Source of the DNA: Nitrospirota bacterium
GTDB lineage: Bacteria > Nitrospirota > UBA9217
NCBI GenBank assembly: GCA_963737155.1
Contig: CAVTRN010000002.1
Location: 1,056,001 to 1,120,000 of the forward strand
DNA length: 64,000 nt
Direction of reading: 5' to 3'
The position numbers and the translations under genes are program-made. How positions within the stretch are numbered: position 1 is the first letter of the stretch; every line of letters starts with the position of its first letter. Under the pieces are notes generated by a model. It was not told the DNA's origin and did no database searches. It was given only the letters and a program-made list of their open reading frames with translations. This document shows, in pieces, positions 8,860-19,484 of the stretch.

Positions 8860-10035
8860 ATGCGCGAGCAGTTCGGCAGGATCAAGAGACTGCCGCCTTA
8901 TGTTTTTGCGATTGTCAACACAATGAAAATTGAAGCCCGCAGACGGGGTGAGGACATCATCGATCTCGGCATGGGCAATCCTGATCAGGGGACCCCACAG
9001 CATATTGTTGATAAATTGATTGAGGCAGCCCAAAATCCGAAGAACCACCGCTATTCCGCGTCCAAGGGCATCACTAAATTACGTGCCGCGGTCTGTGACT
9101 GGTACAAACGCCGATTTGATGTTGATCTTGACCCTGAAACGGAAGCGGTCGTAACAATCGGGTCCAAGGAAGGGTTGTCCCACTTGGCGCTTGCCACGGT
9201 CGAGCCGGGCGATGTGGTGCTAACTACGACGCCGGCCTACCCTATTCATCCCTATGCCGTGATTATCGCCGGCGGCGAGGTGCGATCCATTCCGCTCGGG
9301 AAGGACAGAGACTTTCTGTCCGACATGCAGGAAGCTTATAAGAACACTTGGCCGCGGCCCAAAATGCTGATCATCAATTTTCCGAACAATCCTACGACTG
9401 CGGTTGCGGATTTGGCGTTCTTCCAGGGGATTGCGGATTTTGCTCGGGAAAATGACATGATTGTGGTCCATGACCTGGCCTACGCTGACCTGAATTTCGA
9501 CGGATACCGGGCGCCAAGCTTTCTCCAGGCAAAAGGTGCGAAGGATGTCGGCGTGGAATTCTTCAGTCTCACCAAGAGCTATAATATGGCAGGCTGGCGC
9601 GTGGGATTCTGCTGCGGCAACAGGGAGGTTGTCGGCGCCCTGATCAAGATCAAGAGCTACCTGGATTACGGCATGTTCCAGCCCATTCAGATTGCATCGA
9701 TCATTGCTCTCAACGGGCCCCAGGAGTGCGTAAAGGAAATATCGGACATGTACCAGTCCCGCCGGGATGTCCTCATCGATGGGCTGGAAAAGGGGGGTTG
9801 GAGAATAGAGAAACCCAAGGCCACCATGTTCGTCTGGGCCGAGATTCCCGAGCCGTTCAGGAAAATGGGGTCCCTTGAATTTTCGAAATATCTCATTAAA
9901 GAAGCAAAAGTCGCCGTATCACCGGGCGTCGGATTCGGCGAGTACGGCGACGGCTATGTGCGGTTCGCGCTCATTGAAAACGAACACCGCCTGCGCCAGT
10001 CGGCAAAAGGTATCAAACAGGCCTTAAGTAAATAA
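8860..10035 (+). CDS. Class I/II PLP aminotransferase (AlaC-like; LL-DAP aminotransferase not excluded)
   Basis: [41 protein letters not shown]. Confidence 0.9.
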   Translation: MREQFGRIKRLPPYVFAIVNTMKIEARRRGEDIIDLGMGNPDQGTPQHIVDKLIEAAQNPKNHRYSASKGITKLRAAVCDWYKRRFDVDLDPETEAVVTIGSKEGLSHLALATVEPGDVVLTTTPAYPIHPYAVIIAGGEVRSIPLGKDRDFLSDMQEAYKNTWPRPKMLIINFPNNPTTAVADLAFFQGIADFARENDMIVVHDLAYADLNFDGYRAPSFLQAKGAKDVGVEFFSLTKSYNMAGWRVGFCCGNREVVGALIKIKSYLDYGMFQPIQIASIIALNGPQECVKEISDMYQSRRDVLIDGLEKGGWRIEKPKATMFVWAEIPEPFRKMGSLEFSKYLIKEAKVAVSPGVGFGEYGDGYVRFALIENEHRLRQSAKGIKQALSK

Positions 10036-10127
10036 CAGGTGCATGGGACAGGGGGCAAGGGTCGCAGATAGGCATTATTCATGGTCACGAACCCTTGACT
10101 CGTGACCCGAACTTGAACGGGGAAAGC

Positions 10128-11444
10128 ATGATTTTGAATAAACCAATCAACGTTGGCATCATCGGATTCGGCATCGTGGGTGCGGGAACGGCCCGAATCC
10201 TTGTAGAGAATGCGGAGATTATCCGGAGAAGGCTTGGCGCGCCTGTTGTGTTGAAAGCAATATCTGATCTCGACATCAAGCGCGACCGTGGTATCAAGCT
10301 CGATGGCGTGAAGCTTACGACCCGTGCACAGGATATTTTCACTGATCCCGAGATAGACATCGTTGTAGAACTCATCGGAGGATATAAGCCCGCCAGGGAG
10401 TTCATTCTCGAAGCGATCAGGAATAAAAAACACGTGGTGACCGCGAATAAGGCGCTCCTTGCAGTTCACGGCGAGGAAATCTACACTGCCGCGGAAAAGG
10501 CAGGCGTGACGCTGGGATATGAAGCATCGGTGGCCGGAGGAATTCCTATCCTGGCTGCTGTCAGGAGCGGACTTGCTGCAAACAACATTAAGTCCATTTA
10601 TGGAATCGTAAATGGGACCTGCAATTACATCCTGACGCTCATGACGAACGAAGGAAGGAAGTTCGACGAGGTGTTGAAGGAGGCCCAGGCCAAGGGCTAT
10701 GCCGAGGCGGACCCGTCCTTCGACATCGAAGGCATCGACTCGGCGCACAAACTGGCTGTTCTTGCCATGCTCGTTTTCGGCACGCCAGTCAAATTTGAGG
10801 ACATCTATACGGAAGGCATCTCACAGATCACACCGCTCGATATCGATTTCGCACGGGACTTGGGCTACAAGATCAAGCTCCTGGCAATCACCAAAATAGT
10901 CGATGGCGAGATCGAAGCGAGGGTGCATCCGACGATGCTGCCGGAGAACTATCCCATTGCCACCGTCGATGGAGTATTTAACGCGCTTGCAGTTGTGGGC
11001 GACGCGGTGGGATCTACCATGTTCTACGGTCGGGGCGCGGGAGACTTGCCTACAGGCAGTGCCGTGGTGAGTGATATCATTGAGATCGGGAGGGACATTC
11101 TCGCTGGCTGCGCCAACCGGGCGCCTGTGACGGCGTTCCGGGATCGGAAACAGCTTGCCATCAGAAAGATGGACCACATAATGTCGTGCTATTATCTCCG
11201 GTTCTCGGCGCTCGATAAACCGGGTGTGCTGTCTCGGATCACTGGAGTGCTCGGAAAGAATAATATTAGCATCTCATCGATGATACAGAAGGGACGCCAG
11301 GTGGATGAGGCCGTTCCAATCGTGATGATGACTCATGATGCTGTAGAGCTGGATGTCCGCAAGGCGCTGGATGAAATCAAGACCTTGGACTGTGTCGCCG
11401 GAACGGCGGTCGTCATCAGAGTGGAAGAGGGAAAGCAGGGATGA
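10128..11444 (+). CDS. hom: Homoserine dehydrogenase with C-terminal ACT domain
   Basis: GIIGFGIVG, VVTANKALLA, EASVAGGIP, GYAEADP. Confidence 0.96.
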   Translation: MILNKPINVGIIGFGIVGAGTARILVENAEIIRRRLGAPVVLKAISDLDIKRDRGIKLDGVKLTTRAQDIFTDPEIDIVVELIGGYKPAREFILEAIRNKKHVVTANKALLAVHGEEIYTAAEKAGVTLGYEASVAGGIPILAAVRSGLAANNIKSIYGIVNGTCNYILTLMTNEGRKFDEVLKEAQAKGYAEADPSFDIEGIDSAHKLAVLAMLVFGTPVKFEDIYTEGISQITPLDIDFARDLGYKIKLLAITKIVDGEIEARVHPTMLPENYPIATVDGVFNALAVVGDAVGSTMFYGRGAGDLPTGSAVVSDIIEIGRDILAGCANRAPVTAFRDRKQLAIRKMDHIMSCYYLRFSALDKPGVLSRITGVLGKNNISISSMIQKGRQVDEAVPIVMMTHDAVELDVRKALDEIKTLDCVAGTAVVIRVEEGKQG

Positions 11445-11448
11445 CATT

Positions 11449-11706
11449 ATGAGCGAAGAGATCAAAGCTGACACAATGATCGATATAAAGGGGCAGGTCT
11501 GTCCCTACACCTTTGTCCGATCAAAACTGACTATTGAAAAAATGAAACTCGGCGAGGTGCTCGAAATCGTGACCGACCACAAACCTGCGTCGGAGAATGT
11601 CCCCAGGAGCATGGAGAATGAGGGACAGAAGGTCTTGAAAATAGACCAGACCGGGGAAAAAGAGTGGCACATCTTTGTTCGCAAGGACAAAGAGAAGAAA
11701 AAATAA
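11449..11706 (+). CDS. TusA/SirA-family sulfurtransferase
   Basis: IDIKGQVCPYTFVRSK (CP motif), GEVLEIVTD. Confidence 0.9.
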   Translation: MSEEIKADTMIDIKGQVCPYTFVRSKLTIEKMKLGEVLEIVTDHKPASENVPRSMENEGQKVLKIDQTGEKEWHIFVRKDKEKKK

Positions 11707-11824
11707 GATTGTTACAAGCACGGCTGAATGCGGATTAAGAGACAAACTGTGGAAGGGGTTTTTTACCGTATGTATCCCTCTGTTTCTGAAGCGCAGGGAG
11801 CCGTGGTTATGGATATGGGTTACT

Positions 11825-12628
11825 ATGGACTTTACCGAAGATCAAATACTGCGTTACAGCAGGCATATCCTGCTCCCTGAAGTAGGTGGCGATGGGCAGG
11901 AGAAACTCCTGCAGGCAAAGGTTGTGCTGGTGGGGGCTGGCGGCCTCGGTTCACCGGTTGGATACTATCTTGCCGCGGCAGGAGTCGGGACCATTGGTGT
12001 GATAGACAACGACCGCGTGGAGATGTCGAACCTACAGCGCCAGATCGCTCACAACACGAGCAGACTCGGGATGTCCAAGGCCGATTCCGCGAAAGAGACG
12101 TATGAGACGTTGAACCACGATGTGAAGGTTATTACGCACAAAGAGCGGCTGTCGTCAAAGAACATTTTGGACATCATCCGGGACTACGAAATTGTAGTGG
12201 ACGGGAGCGATAACTTTCCCACTCGCTACCTCGTGAACGACGCCTGCGTGATGCTCAAAAAAACGCTCGTGAGTGCGGCTGTTTTCCGGTTCGAGGGGCA
12301 GGTGATGACCATTTTCCCAGGTTCGGGCCCCTGCTATCGATGCCTGTTCGAGGTTCCGCCGCCGCCCGGCATGGTGCCATCCTGCCAGGAGGCGGGTATT
12401 CTGGGTGTGGTAACTGGCGTGATCGGAACAATCCAGGCAACGGAAGTCGTCAAGACAATCCTCGGCATCGGTCATCCGCTGAAGGGAAGGCTTCTCTTGT
12501 GGAACGCGCTTGACATGAATTTCCGTATCGTGAAGGTGCCTCGGAACAGGGAATGCCCGGTTTGCGGCGAACACGCAACGATAAAAGAACTGATCGATTA
12601 TGAACAGTTCTGCTCCATGAGCCACTAA
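11825..12628 (+). CDS. MoeB/ThiF-family E1 adenylyltransferase (no rhodanese domain)
   Basis: RYSRHILL, GAGGLGSP, SNLQRQ, DGSDNFPTRY, PCYRC, CQEAG, CPVC. Confidence 0.95.
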   Translation: MDFTEDQILRYSRHILLPEVGGDGQEKLLQAKVVLVGAGGLGSPVGYYLAAAGVGTIGVIDNDRVEMSNLQRQIAHNTSRLGMSKADSAKETYETLNHDVKVITHKERLSSKNILDIIRDYEIVVDGSDNFPTRYLVNDACVMLKKTLVSAAVFRFEGQVMTIFPGSGPCYRCLFEVPPPPGMVPSCQEAGILGVVTGVIGTIQATEVVKTILGIGHPLKGRLLLWNALDMNFRIVKVPRNRECPVCGEHATIKELIDYEQFCSMSH

Positions 12629-12733
12629 AGGCTGTGCACGGCTGTGCATTGCTAGTCCGGTGGATACGGGATTTCCTCGACACCGGACCTTAGCGATGCC
12701 ACTGACCGGAACGAGAGCCGAGGTCCTTTCTCC

Positions 12734-13150
12734 ATGTTGACGATACAAAGGGCCGATGTCCAGGCGATATTTGACCACTGCAATCGCGAGTATCCGAATG
12801 AAGCGTGCGGGATTCTTGCCGGCAGAGGAACCACTGTTGAAAAAGTCTATTCGCTGACGAGCGAAAATCCGAGCCCGACGTTTTATCAGATAGAAGCCCA
12901 AGAGCAATTCCGGGTCCTCAGGGAGATGAGGGACACGGGAAGGGAATTGGTCGGCATCTATCACTCCCATCCCGCCGGAAGGGCATATCCGTCTTCAACG
13001 GATGTGGAGTTGGCGTTCTATCCGGAAGCCGTGTACGTTATTGTTTCACTTATCGAGCGAAAGGATCCGTGCGTGAAAGGGTATACCATCATCGACGGGA
13101 AGGTGACGGAAGTTTCGTTGAACATTACTGTGGAGGAGCATCAACAGTGA
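12734..13150 (+). CDS. JAB/MPN+ (M67, Mec-like) metallopeptidase
   Basis: PNEACG and YHSHP-x5-PSSTD JAMM motif. Confidence 0.93.
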   Translation: MLTIQRADVQAIFDHCNREYPNEACGILAGRGTTVEKVYSLTSENPSPTFYQIEAQEQFRVLREMRDTGRELVGIYHSHPAGRAYPSSTDVELAFYPEAVYVIVSLIERKDPCVKGYTIIDGKVTEVSLNITVEEHQQ

Positions 13151-14379
13151 CCTTTGTCAAGGGACTCCGGTGCGTGGAGTGTGGCAGGGAATATAAGTGC
13201 GAACCCCTCTACGTATGCGAGTTCTGCTTCGGTCCGCTTGAAGTCGACTACGACTACGCACGGATCAGGAAGGATATGACAAAGCAAAAGATCGAGTCGC
13301 GTCCCTGTAATATGTGGCGCTATCGTGAACTTCTGCCTGTCGACGGTGACCCGGTCACGGGTTTCGATTCCGGTTTCACGCCACTGGTGAAGGTTCGGAA
13401 CTTGGCCGAAGCATGGGGCGTAAAAGAAATTTATCTTAAAGACGATTCAGTGAACCACCCGACGTTGTCATTCAAGGACCGTGTTGTCGCGGTGGCTGTA
13501 ACGAAAGCCAGGGAATTCGGTTTTGACACCGTTGCCTGCGCATCGACTGGCAACCTGGCGAATTCCCTTGCGGCTTTGTCTGCTCGGGCAGGCATGAAAC
13601 GGTTTATCTTCACGCCGTCGAACCTGGAATATTCGAAGACCATCGGTTCACTGATTTATAAGCCAAATCTGGTTATGGTGGATGGCGCCTACGATGAGGT
13701 TAACCGGCTTTGCTCCGAAATTGCGGATAAATATCGATGGGCCTTTGTGAATATCAACCTGCGGCCTTTCTATGGCGAGGGTTCGAAGTCCATGGGTTTC
13801 GAGATTGCTGAACAGCTGGGCTGGAAAACACCGGACAATATTGTGGTACCCAATGCAAGCGGATCTCTCTTAACGAAGCTCTGGAAGTCATTTAAAGAAC
13901 TGGAAACAATCGGGCTCGTCCCGGCCGTCAAGACCCGGGTATTCGCCGCACAGGCCGCCGGCTGTAATCCAATCATAACGGCCATCAGGGAAGGAAGCGA
14001 CATCATCAGGCCGGTGAAACCTCGGACCATCGCACGATCGATCTCCATCGGAAACCCGGCTGACGGCTATTACGCCGCAAAAGTAACCAGGGACTCCGGC
14101 GGATACGGTTCCGATGCAACGGATGAGGAGATTGTGGACACGATACAGAGTCTTGCCGAGACTGAGGGGATGTTTGTGGAGCCCGCGTGTGGCGCGACCG
14201 TGGCGGTGGCCAAAAAGCTTGTGGACTCGGGCCGGATAAATAGGGACGGGACACTCGTTCTCTGCATCACTGGCAACGGGCTTAAGACCGCCGAGGCAAT
14301 CGCGGACCGGCTCACGATGCCGGTGCCGATAAAACCGAACATTGAGTCTTTCGAGGAACTGATGAAGAAAATCCACTAG
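13147..14379 (+). CDS. Threonine synthase-like fold-type II PLP enzyme
   Basis: N-terminal CVECG...CEFCFGPL Zn ribbon, [10 protein letters not shown] (PLP lysine), [17 protein letters not shown]; GTG start overlaps the JAB stop. Confidence 0.9.
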   Translation: MTFVKGLRCVECGREYKCEPLYVCEFCFGPLEVDYDYARIRKDMTKQKIESRPCNMWRYRELLPVDGDPVTGFDSGFTPLVKVRNLAEAWGVKEIYLKDDSVNHPTLSFKDRVVAVAVTKAREFGFDTVACASTGNLANSLAALSARAGMKRFIFTPSNLEYSKTIGSLIYKPNLVMVDGAYDEVNRLCSEIADKYRWAFVNINLRPFYGEGSKSMGFEIAEQLGWKTPDNIVVPNASGSLLTKLWKSFKELETIGLVPAVKTRVFAAQAAGCNPIITAIREGSDIIRPVKPRTIARSISIGNPADGYYAAKVTRDSGGYGSDATDEEIVDTIQSLAETEGMFVEPACGATVAVAKKLVDSGRINRDGTLVLCITGNGLKTAEAIADRLTMPVPIKPNIESFEELMKKIH

Positions 14380-14488
14380 TTACTTCAACACAGGCATCGC
14401 GGAGCAACGATTCATGCTGACCGTTGTAGAACTCGGTGACGCGTGCCCGGTTTTAAAATACGTTTTCTCTCGTCTAGGAGGAGCGACC

Positions 14489-14767
14489 ATGTCGATTAAA
14501 GTGAGAATCCCCACACCGCTGCAAAAACTCACCGGCGGAAAAGCTGAGGTGGAATGCGACGCAAAAAATGTTTTAGAGCTTGTCGATGTTCTTGAGAAGG
14601 ATTACCCCGGGATAAAAGAACGGCTGTCGGACGGCGGGAAGATCCGGCGGTTCATCAATATTTACGTGAATGAAGAGGATATCCGCTTCATGAACAAGGA
14701 AGAAACAACACTCAAAGACGGGGATAGTATTTCCATCGTTCCCGCCATTGCAGGCGGACGCTGTTAA
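14489..14767 (+). CDS. MoaD/ThiS/CysO-family sulfur carrier, C-terminus ...IAGG-RC
   Basis: [31 protein letters not shown] plus 2 extra residues. Confidence 0.93.
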   Translation: MSIKVRIPTPLQKLTGGKAEVECDAKNVLELVDVLEKDYPGIKERLSDGGKIRRFINIYVNEEDIRFMNKEETTLKDGDSISIVPAIAGGRC

Positions 14768-14873
14768 TGCCCACATCCGCAATCAGAGGCTGGATCGCGT
14801 AGACGAAGCTTTTTTGGCAGGTGTTGTCTTTTTCACCGTCTACGCTGCGGCACCGCGGACTTCAGGAGGGAGC

Positions 14874-15119
14874 ATGGCGACAAAAAGGGTCAAGTTGACG
14901 TTTCCGCAGGAACTGATCAAGGAGCCCATCATTTTCACCATGGCGAGGCAGTTCAATATAATGCCGAACATCCGCAGCGCCAAGGTCACTGAAAGCGTGG
15001 GCGAGGTTATGCTGGAACTTGATGGCGAAGAGAATGAACTTGCGGCTGGCATCGCCTATCTCAAGGAGCGCGGCGTCAAGGTAGATGCTGGCGAAGGTGG
15101 TGATCCGGCAGGTTCTTGA
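14874..15119 (+). CDS. Stand-alone NIL-domain protein
   Basis: KRVKLTFPQELIKEPII...PNIRSAKVTESVGEVMLELDG. Confidence 0.85.
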   Translation: MATKRVKLTFPQELIKEPIIFTMARQFNIMPNIRSAKVTESVGEVMLELDGEENELAAGIAYLKERGVKVDAGEGGDPAGS

Positions 15120-15202
15120 GACGAAGTTGATGGTGGTGAAGGGGCGTGGCGATTCGGTTCGAGTGAAGCCGGACTCAGGGAGCCTGGACTGCAATTATCT
15201 AT

Positions 15203-16447
15203 ATGAAATATATCATTTTACTCGGTGATGGAATGGCTGACCGGCCCAATGTGGAACTTGGCGGCAAGACGTGCCTGCAGGCAGCAAAGACGCCGAACCT
15301 CGACCGGCTGGCGACAGCAGGAAAAATCGGCATGGTGCACACTGTGCCCGAAGGGTATCCGCCGGGCAGCGATGTCGCAAACCTTACGGTCATGGGATAT
15401 GATCCGAGAAAGTACTACACGGGCCGCTCCCCCCTCGAGGCCGCTAGCATCGGTGTGGATCTGAGGCCCGATGATGTCGCTTTTCGATGCAATCTGGTGA
15501 CACTGCGCATCACCGGCGGCAAGGAAACCATGTGGGGCAAAGCGCGGAATGCGATCATGGAGGACTTTAGCGCCGGCCACATCACCACGCAGGAGGCAAG
15601 ACTGCTGATCGAAGAGATCGACCGGAAACTCGGTACAGACCGGATACGCTTCTACCCCGGGGTCAGCTATCGCCACCTTATGGTATGGAAGGGCGGCAAG
15701 GACAGGCTTGAGTGCACACCTCCTCATGACATCCAGGACAAGGACATACGGGACTATCTTCCGCGGGGAGACGGTGATGAGACGATCAATGCCTTGATGG
15801 TGGAATCACTGGATGTTCTGGCGGGTCATTCCGTGAACAGAACAAGAATCGAGAACGGTAAGCGACCGGCGAATAGCATCTGGCTTTGGGGACAAGGCAA
15901 GAGACCGAGCATGCCGACGTTCCGGGAAAAGTACGGCATCGAAGGAGCCATGATTTCGGCAGTCGATCTCACCAAGGGGATCGGCATTTACGCGGGGTTC
16001 GAAGTGGTCAATGTGCCGGGAGCGACGGGCTGGCTTGATACGAACTACGTGGGCAAGGCCGAACATGCGCTGTGGGCGCTCAAGACCAAGGACTTCGTTT
16101 ATGTCCATGTTGAAGCCCCCGACGAAGCCGGCCACAGCGGTGATCTCAAGAACAAGATAAAAGCCATCGAGGACTTCGATGAGTTCATCGTGGGCAACAT
16201 TATACACGGCATGAAGCAGTTCGATGAGTACCGCATCATGGTGCTGCCAGACCACCCGACGCCGATTGAGATCAGAACTCACTCGAATGAACCAGTCCCT
16301 TTCATTATTTACGATAATACCCGTGAACGCAACGGAGAGCCGGTTAGCTATGACGAACGGATAGGAGAGCGGAAAGATGCTCTCGATTTTAAAGAGGGCT
16401 ATCAGCTAATGGACTATTTTTTGAGCGGAGCGCATGGAGTAGCATAG
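15203..16447 (+). CDS. apgM: Cofactor-independent phosphoglycerate mutase, ApgM family (proposed homoserine kinase-like)
   Basis: [32 protein letters not shown]. Confidence 0.88.
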   Translation: MKYIILLGDGMADRPNVELGGKTCLQAAKTPNLDRLATAGKIGMVHTVPEGYPPGSDVANLTVMGYDPRKYYTGRSPLEAASIGVDLRPDDVAFRCNLVTLRITGGKETMWGKARNAIMEDFSAGHITTQEARLLIEEIDRKLGTDRIRFYPGVSYRHLMVWKGGKDRLECTPPHDIQDKDIRDYLPRGDGDETINALMVESLDVLAGHSVNRTRIENGKRPANSIWLWGQGKRPSMPTFREKYGIEGAMISAVDLTKGIGIYAGFEVVNVPGATGWLDTNYVGKAEHALWALKTKDFVYVHVEAPDEAGHSGDLKNKIKAIEDFDEFIVGNIIHGMKQFDEYRIMVLPDHPTPIEIRTHSNEPVPFIIYDNTRERNGEPVSYDERIGERKDALDFKEGYQLMDYFLSGAHGVA

Positions 16448-16532
16448 CGCGGAGAGCACAGGGCCTTGTCATCTCTTTCTGCACCTCGCGCTCCTTGCAC
16501 TTTGCCGATTGATACAATTTGGAGGAAATAGG

Positions 16533-17756
16533 GTGCTCATAGTTCAGAAATACGGCGGCACATCGGTTGGAAATTCCGAGCGGATCAAGAATGTGGCAAA
16601 GCGTGTCGTCAAGACCAGGGAAGAAGGCAACGATGTCGTAGTTGTTGTTTCCGCCATGAGCGGCGAAACTGACAAACTTATCAATCTGGCGAACCAGGTG
16701 AGCGAGAACCCCGACCCGCGCGAAATGGACATGCTGGTATCCACAGGAGAAAGGGTGACGATTGCGCTTCTGGCGATGGCGATCCAGGCGATGGGGCACA
16801 AGGCGCAATCCTTTACAGGCCGGCAGGCTGGCATCATTTGCGACAACGTCCACACCAAGGCGCGCATCGAAAAGATCACCGGCGAGCGGCTCAAACATGC
16901 TCTGAAGGAAGGGAAAATTGCCGTCGTTGCCGGTTTTCAGGGGATCACGGAAGCGTCTGACGACGTCACGACGCTGGGCCGCGGCGGATCGGACCTTTCG
17001 GCCGTCGCTGTTGCGGCAGCGCTCAAAGCCGATGTATGCGATATCTATACAGATGTGGACGGGGTCTATACAACTGACCCGAACATGGTGCTGCAAGCAA
17101 GAAAGCTCGATAAGATTTCGTATGACGAGATGCTTGAACTGGCGAGCCTCGGGGCCAAGGTGCTCCAGACCCGCTCAGTCGAGTTCGCAAAAAAATACAA
17201 TGTACCGGTAAGGGTGCTCTCGAGTTTTAACGACAATCCGGGAACCCTTGTTACCAAGGAGGATTCCGATATGGAGAAGGTGGTGGTTTCCGGCGTGGCA
17301 TATGACAAAAACCAGGTAAAGGTAACGATCCAGGGTGTGCCGGACAAGCCCGGAGTCGCTGCAAAAATATTCAACACCATTTCCGATAACAATGTGGTGG
17401 TGGACATGATCATCCAGAATATCGGGGAGGGGGGCCTTACGGATATGTCCTTTACCGTGCCTAAAACCGATTCCAAAAAAATTCTGGAGGTCATGAAGAA
17501 GGTGCTGGCCGAGATTGGCGCGAAAAACGTGAATATCAAGGAAGACATTGCCAAGATCTCGATCGTCGGCGTAGGCATGCGCTCCCATTCTGGTGTGGCT
17601 GCCAAGATGTTTTCGGCCTTGGCGCAAGAGGGGATCAACATCATGATGATTAGCACGTCGGAAATCAAGATCTCCTGCGTGATCGACGCAAAGTACACGG
17701 AGCTTGCGGTGCGGGTGCTTCACGAAGCCTTTGAGATGGACAAGGCAGCGAAATAA
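16533..17756 (+). CDS. lysC: Aspartate kinase
   Basis: [22 protein letters not shown], two ACT domains. Confidence 0.96.
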   Translation: MLIVQKYGGTSVGNSERIKNVAKRVVKTREEGNDVVVVVSAMSGETDKLINLANQVSENPDPREMDMLVSTGERVTIALLAMAIQAMGHKAQSFTGRQAGIICDNVHTKARIEKITGERLKHALKEGKIAVVAGFQGITEASDDVTTLGRGGSDLSAVAVAAALKADVCDIYTDVDGVYTTDPNMVLQARKLDKISYDEMLELASLGAKVLQTRSVEFAKKYNVPVRVLSSFNDNPGTLVTKEDSDMEKVVVSGVAYDKNQVKVTIQGVPDKPGVAAKIFNTISDNNVVVDMIIQNIGEGGLTDMSFTVPKTDSKKILEVMKKVLAEIGAKNVNIKEDIAKISIVGVGMRSHSGVAAKMFSALAQEGINIMMISTSEIKISCVIDAKYTELAVRVLHEAFEMDKAAK

Positions 17757-17833
17757 ATGCAAGAGTCAGGCGTCGGAGTCATGCTCTTACCTGAGTGCTG
17801 GATTTCGGTTTTCCATCATGATACCAGGATTCT

Positions 17834-19429
17834 ATGAAATCAAAAGTGCAATTATACGATACCACGCTGCGTGATGGCGCCCAGGCCGAGGATGTAAACT
17901 TCTCGGTCGAGGACATGATCCGCGTTGCGCGCAAACTGGACCAGTTCGGCGTCCATTATATCGAGGGGGGATGGCCCGGCTCAAACCCACGAGACGTCGA
18001 ATTTTTTAAACAGATGCGGCATGTCAAGCTGAAGCGGGCGAAACTTGTGGCCTTCGGCGCAACGAGGCGGGCGAAGCTCAAGGCATCGAAAGACCCCAGT
18101 CTGAAAGCCCTCGTTGCATCCGGCGCCTCTGCGGCCACGATATACGGCAAAAGCTGGGATCTGCACGTTCTCAAGGCGCTCAAAACGACGCCTGATGAGA
18201 ATCTCCGCATGATTGGTGATTCGGTGGTGTTTCTCAAAAAGAGCATGAAGGAAGTGTTCTATGATGCCGAGCACTTCTTCGACGGATTCAAGGCAAATCC
18301 TGAGTATGCTATGGAAACGTTGCTTGCGGCCGAAGCCGCGGGAGCCAACTGTCTCATCCTGTGTGATACGAACGGCGGTACTCTGCCTCATGATCTTGAA
18401 GCAATCATCGCGTCGGTCAAGTCGGTGATTACCACGCCATTCGGCATCCACGCCCACAATGACTCCGAGCTCGCAGTGGCGAATTCACTTGCTGCGATCC
18501 GATTGGGCGCGATGCAGGTACACGGCACAATGAACGGATACGGAGAGCGTTGCGGAAACGCGAACCTCTGTTCCCTGATCCCGGCGTTCAAGCTCAAGTT
18601 GGGCATCGATTGCATCTCCAATGCGAACCTGGCGAAGCTGCGAGATGTTTCCCGGTACGTGGATGAACTGGCGAACCTTCCACACCGGAAGCGTCAGCCC
18701 TATATTGGCGACAGCGCCTTCGCTCACAAAGCAGGTGTTCATGTGGATGCCGTAACGAAAAATCCGCTTACCTATGAGCATATCATCCCGGAGTTGGTGG
18801 GGAACAGGCGGCGCATTCTCGTTTCGGATCTTGCGGGCAGGAGCAATATCCTCCAGAAAGCTGCGGAATTAGGGATCCCCCTGACCAAGGACAGCCCGGA
18901 ACTGACCTCCATCCTCAGTAAAGTTAAGGAACTCGAGCATGAGGGATATGAGTTCGAAGGCGCTGAAGGTTCGCTGGAGCTGCTTATGTTGCGGGCTGGG
19001 CGCAGTTACGAATCGGTGTTCAATATGTTCGATAGAATCGACTATCGCATTCTCACGGAGAAACGGAAGGTCGACCCCCATCCGGTGAGTGAGGCGACCA
19101 TTACTGTGGAGGTCGGAGGGAATGTTGAACATACGGCGGCTTGGGGCAATGGTCCAGTGAATGCCCTGGACAAGGCACTGCGCAAGGTGCTGCCGAAATA
19201 CTTTCCCGGCAAGGGGCTTGAGAATATACAACTTCTGGATTACAAGGTCCGCGTGTTGACTGCCGCAGAAGGCACGGCGGCCCAGGTGCGGGTGCTGATT
19301 GAGTCCGGAGATGGCAAGAACCGGTGGGGGACCGTTGGCGTGTCCGAGAATGTGATCGAGGCGAGCTGGCAGGCGCTGGTGGACAGCATCGAGTATAAGC
19401 TGCTGAGATCGTCGCGAAGAAGCAGGTAG
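17834..19429 (+). CDS. cimA: Citramalate synthase
   Basis: YDTTLRDGAQ, IEGGWPGSNP, YDAEHFFDG, HAHND, SAFAHKAG. Confidence 0.92.
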   Translation: MKSKVQLYDTTLRDGAQAEDVNFSVEDMIRVARKLDQFGVHYIEGGWPGSNPRDVEFFKQMRHVKLKRAKLVAFGATRRAKLKASKDPSLKALVASGASAATIYGKSWDLHVLKALKTTPDENLRMIGDSVVFLKKSMKEVFYDAEHFFDGFKANPEYAMETLLAAEAAGANCLILCDTNGGTLPHDLEAIIASVKSVITTPFGIHAHNDSELAVANSLAAIRLGAMQVHGTMNGYGERCGNANLCSLIPAFKLKLGIDCISNANLAKLRDVSRYVDELANLPHRKRQPYIGDSAFAHKAGVHVDAVTKNPLTYEHIIPELVGNRRRILVSDLAGRSNILQKAAELGIPLTKDSPELTSILSKVKELEHEGYEFEGAEGSLELLMLRAGRSYESVFNMFDRIDYRILTEKRKVDPHPVSEATITVEVGGNVEHTAAWGNGPVNALDKALRKVLPKYFPGKGLENIQLLDYKVRVLTAAEGTAAQVRVLIESGDGKNRWGTVGVSENVIEASWQALVDSIEYKLLRSSRRSR

Positions 19430-19484
19430 TTCAGGATGAGGATGGTTCGCCGCCCCGGATTGTGGGCGTTTGCGAGGTATGCGT

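Noticed and set aside
12630-12733. Hairpin GTCCGGTG...CACCGGAC plus GCCACTG, considered as a cobalamin or SAM riboswitch
   Set aside because: Other conserved riboswitch elements are missing and the spacer is too short; probably just an intercistronic stem.
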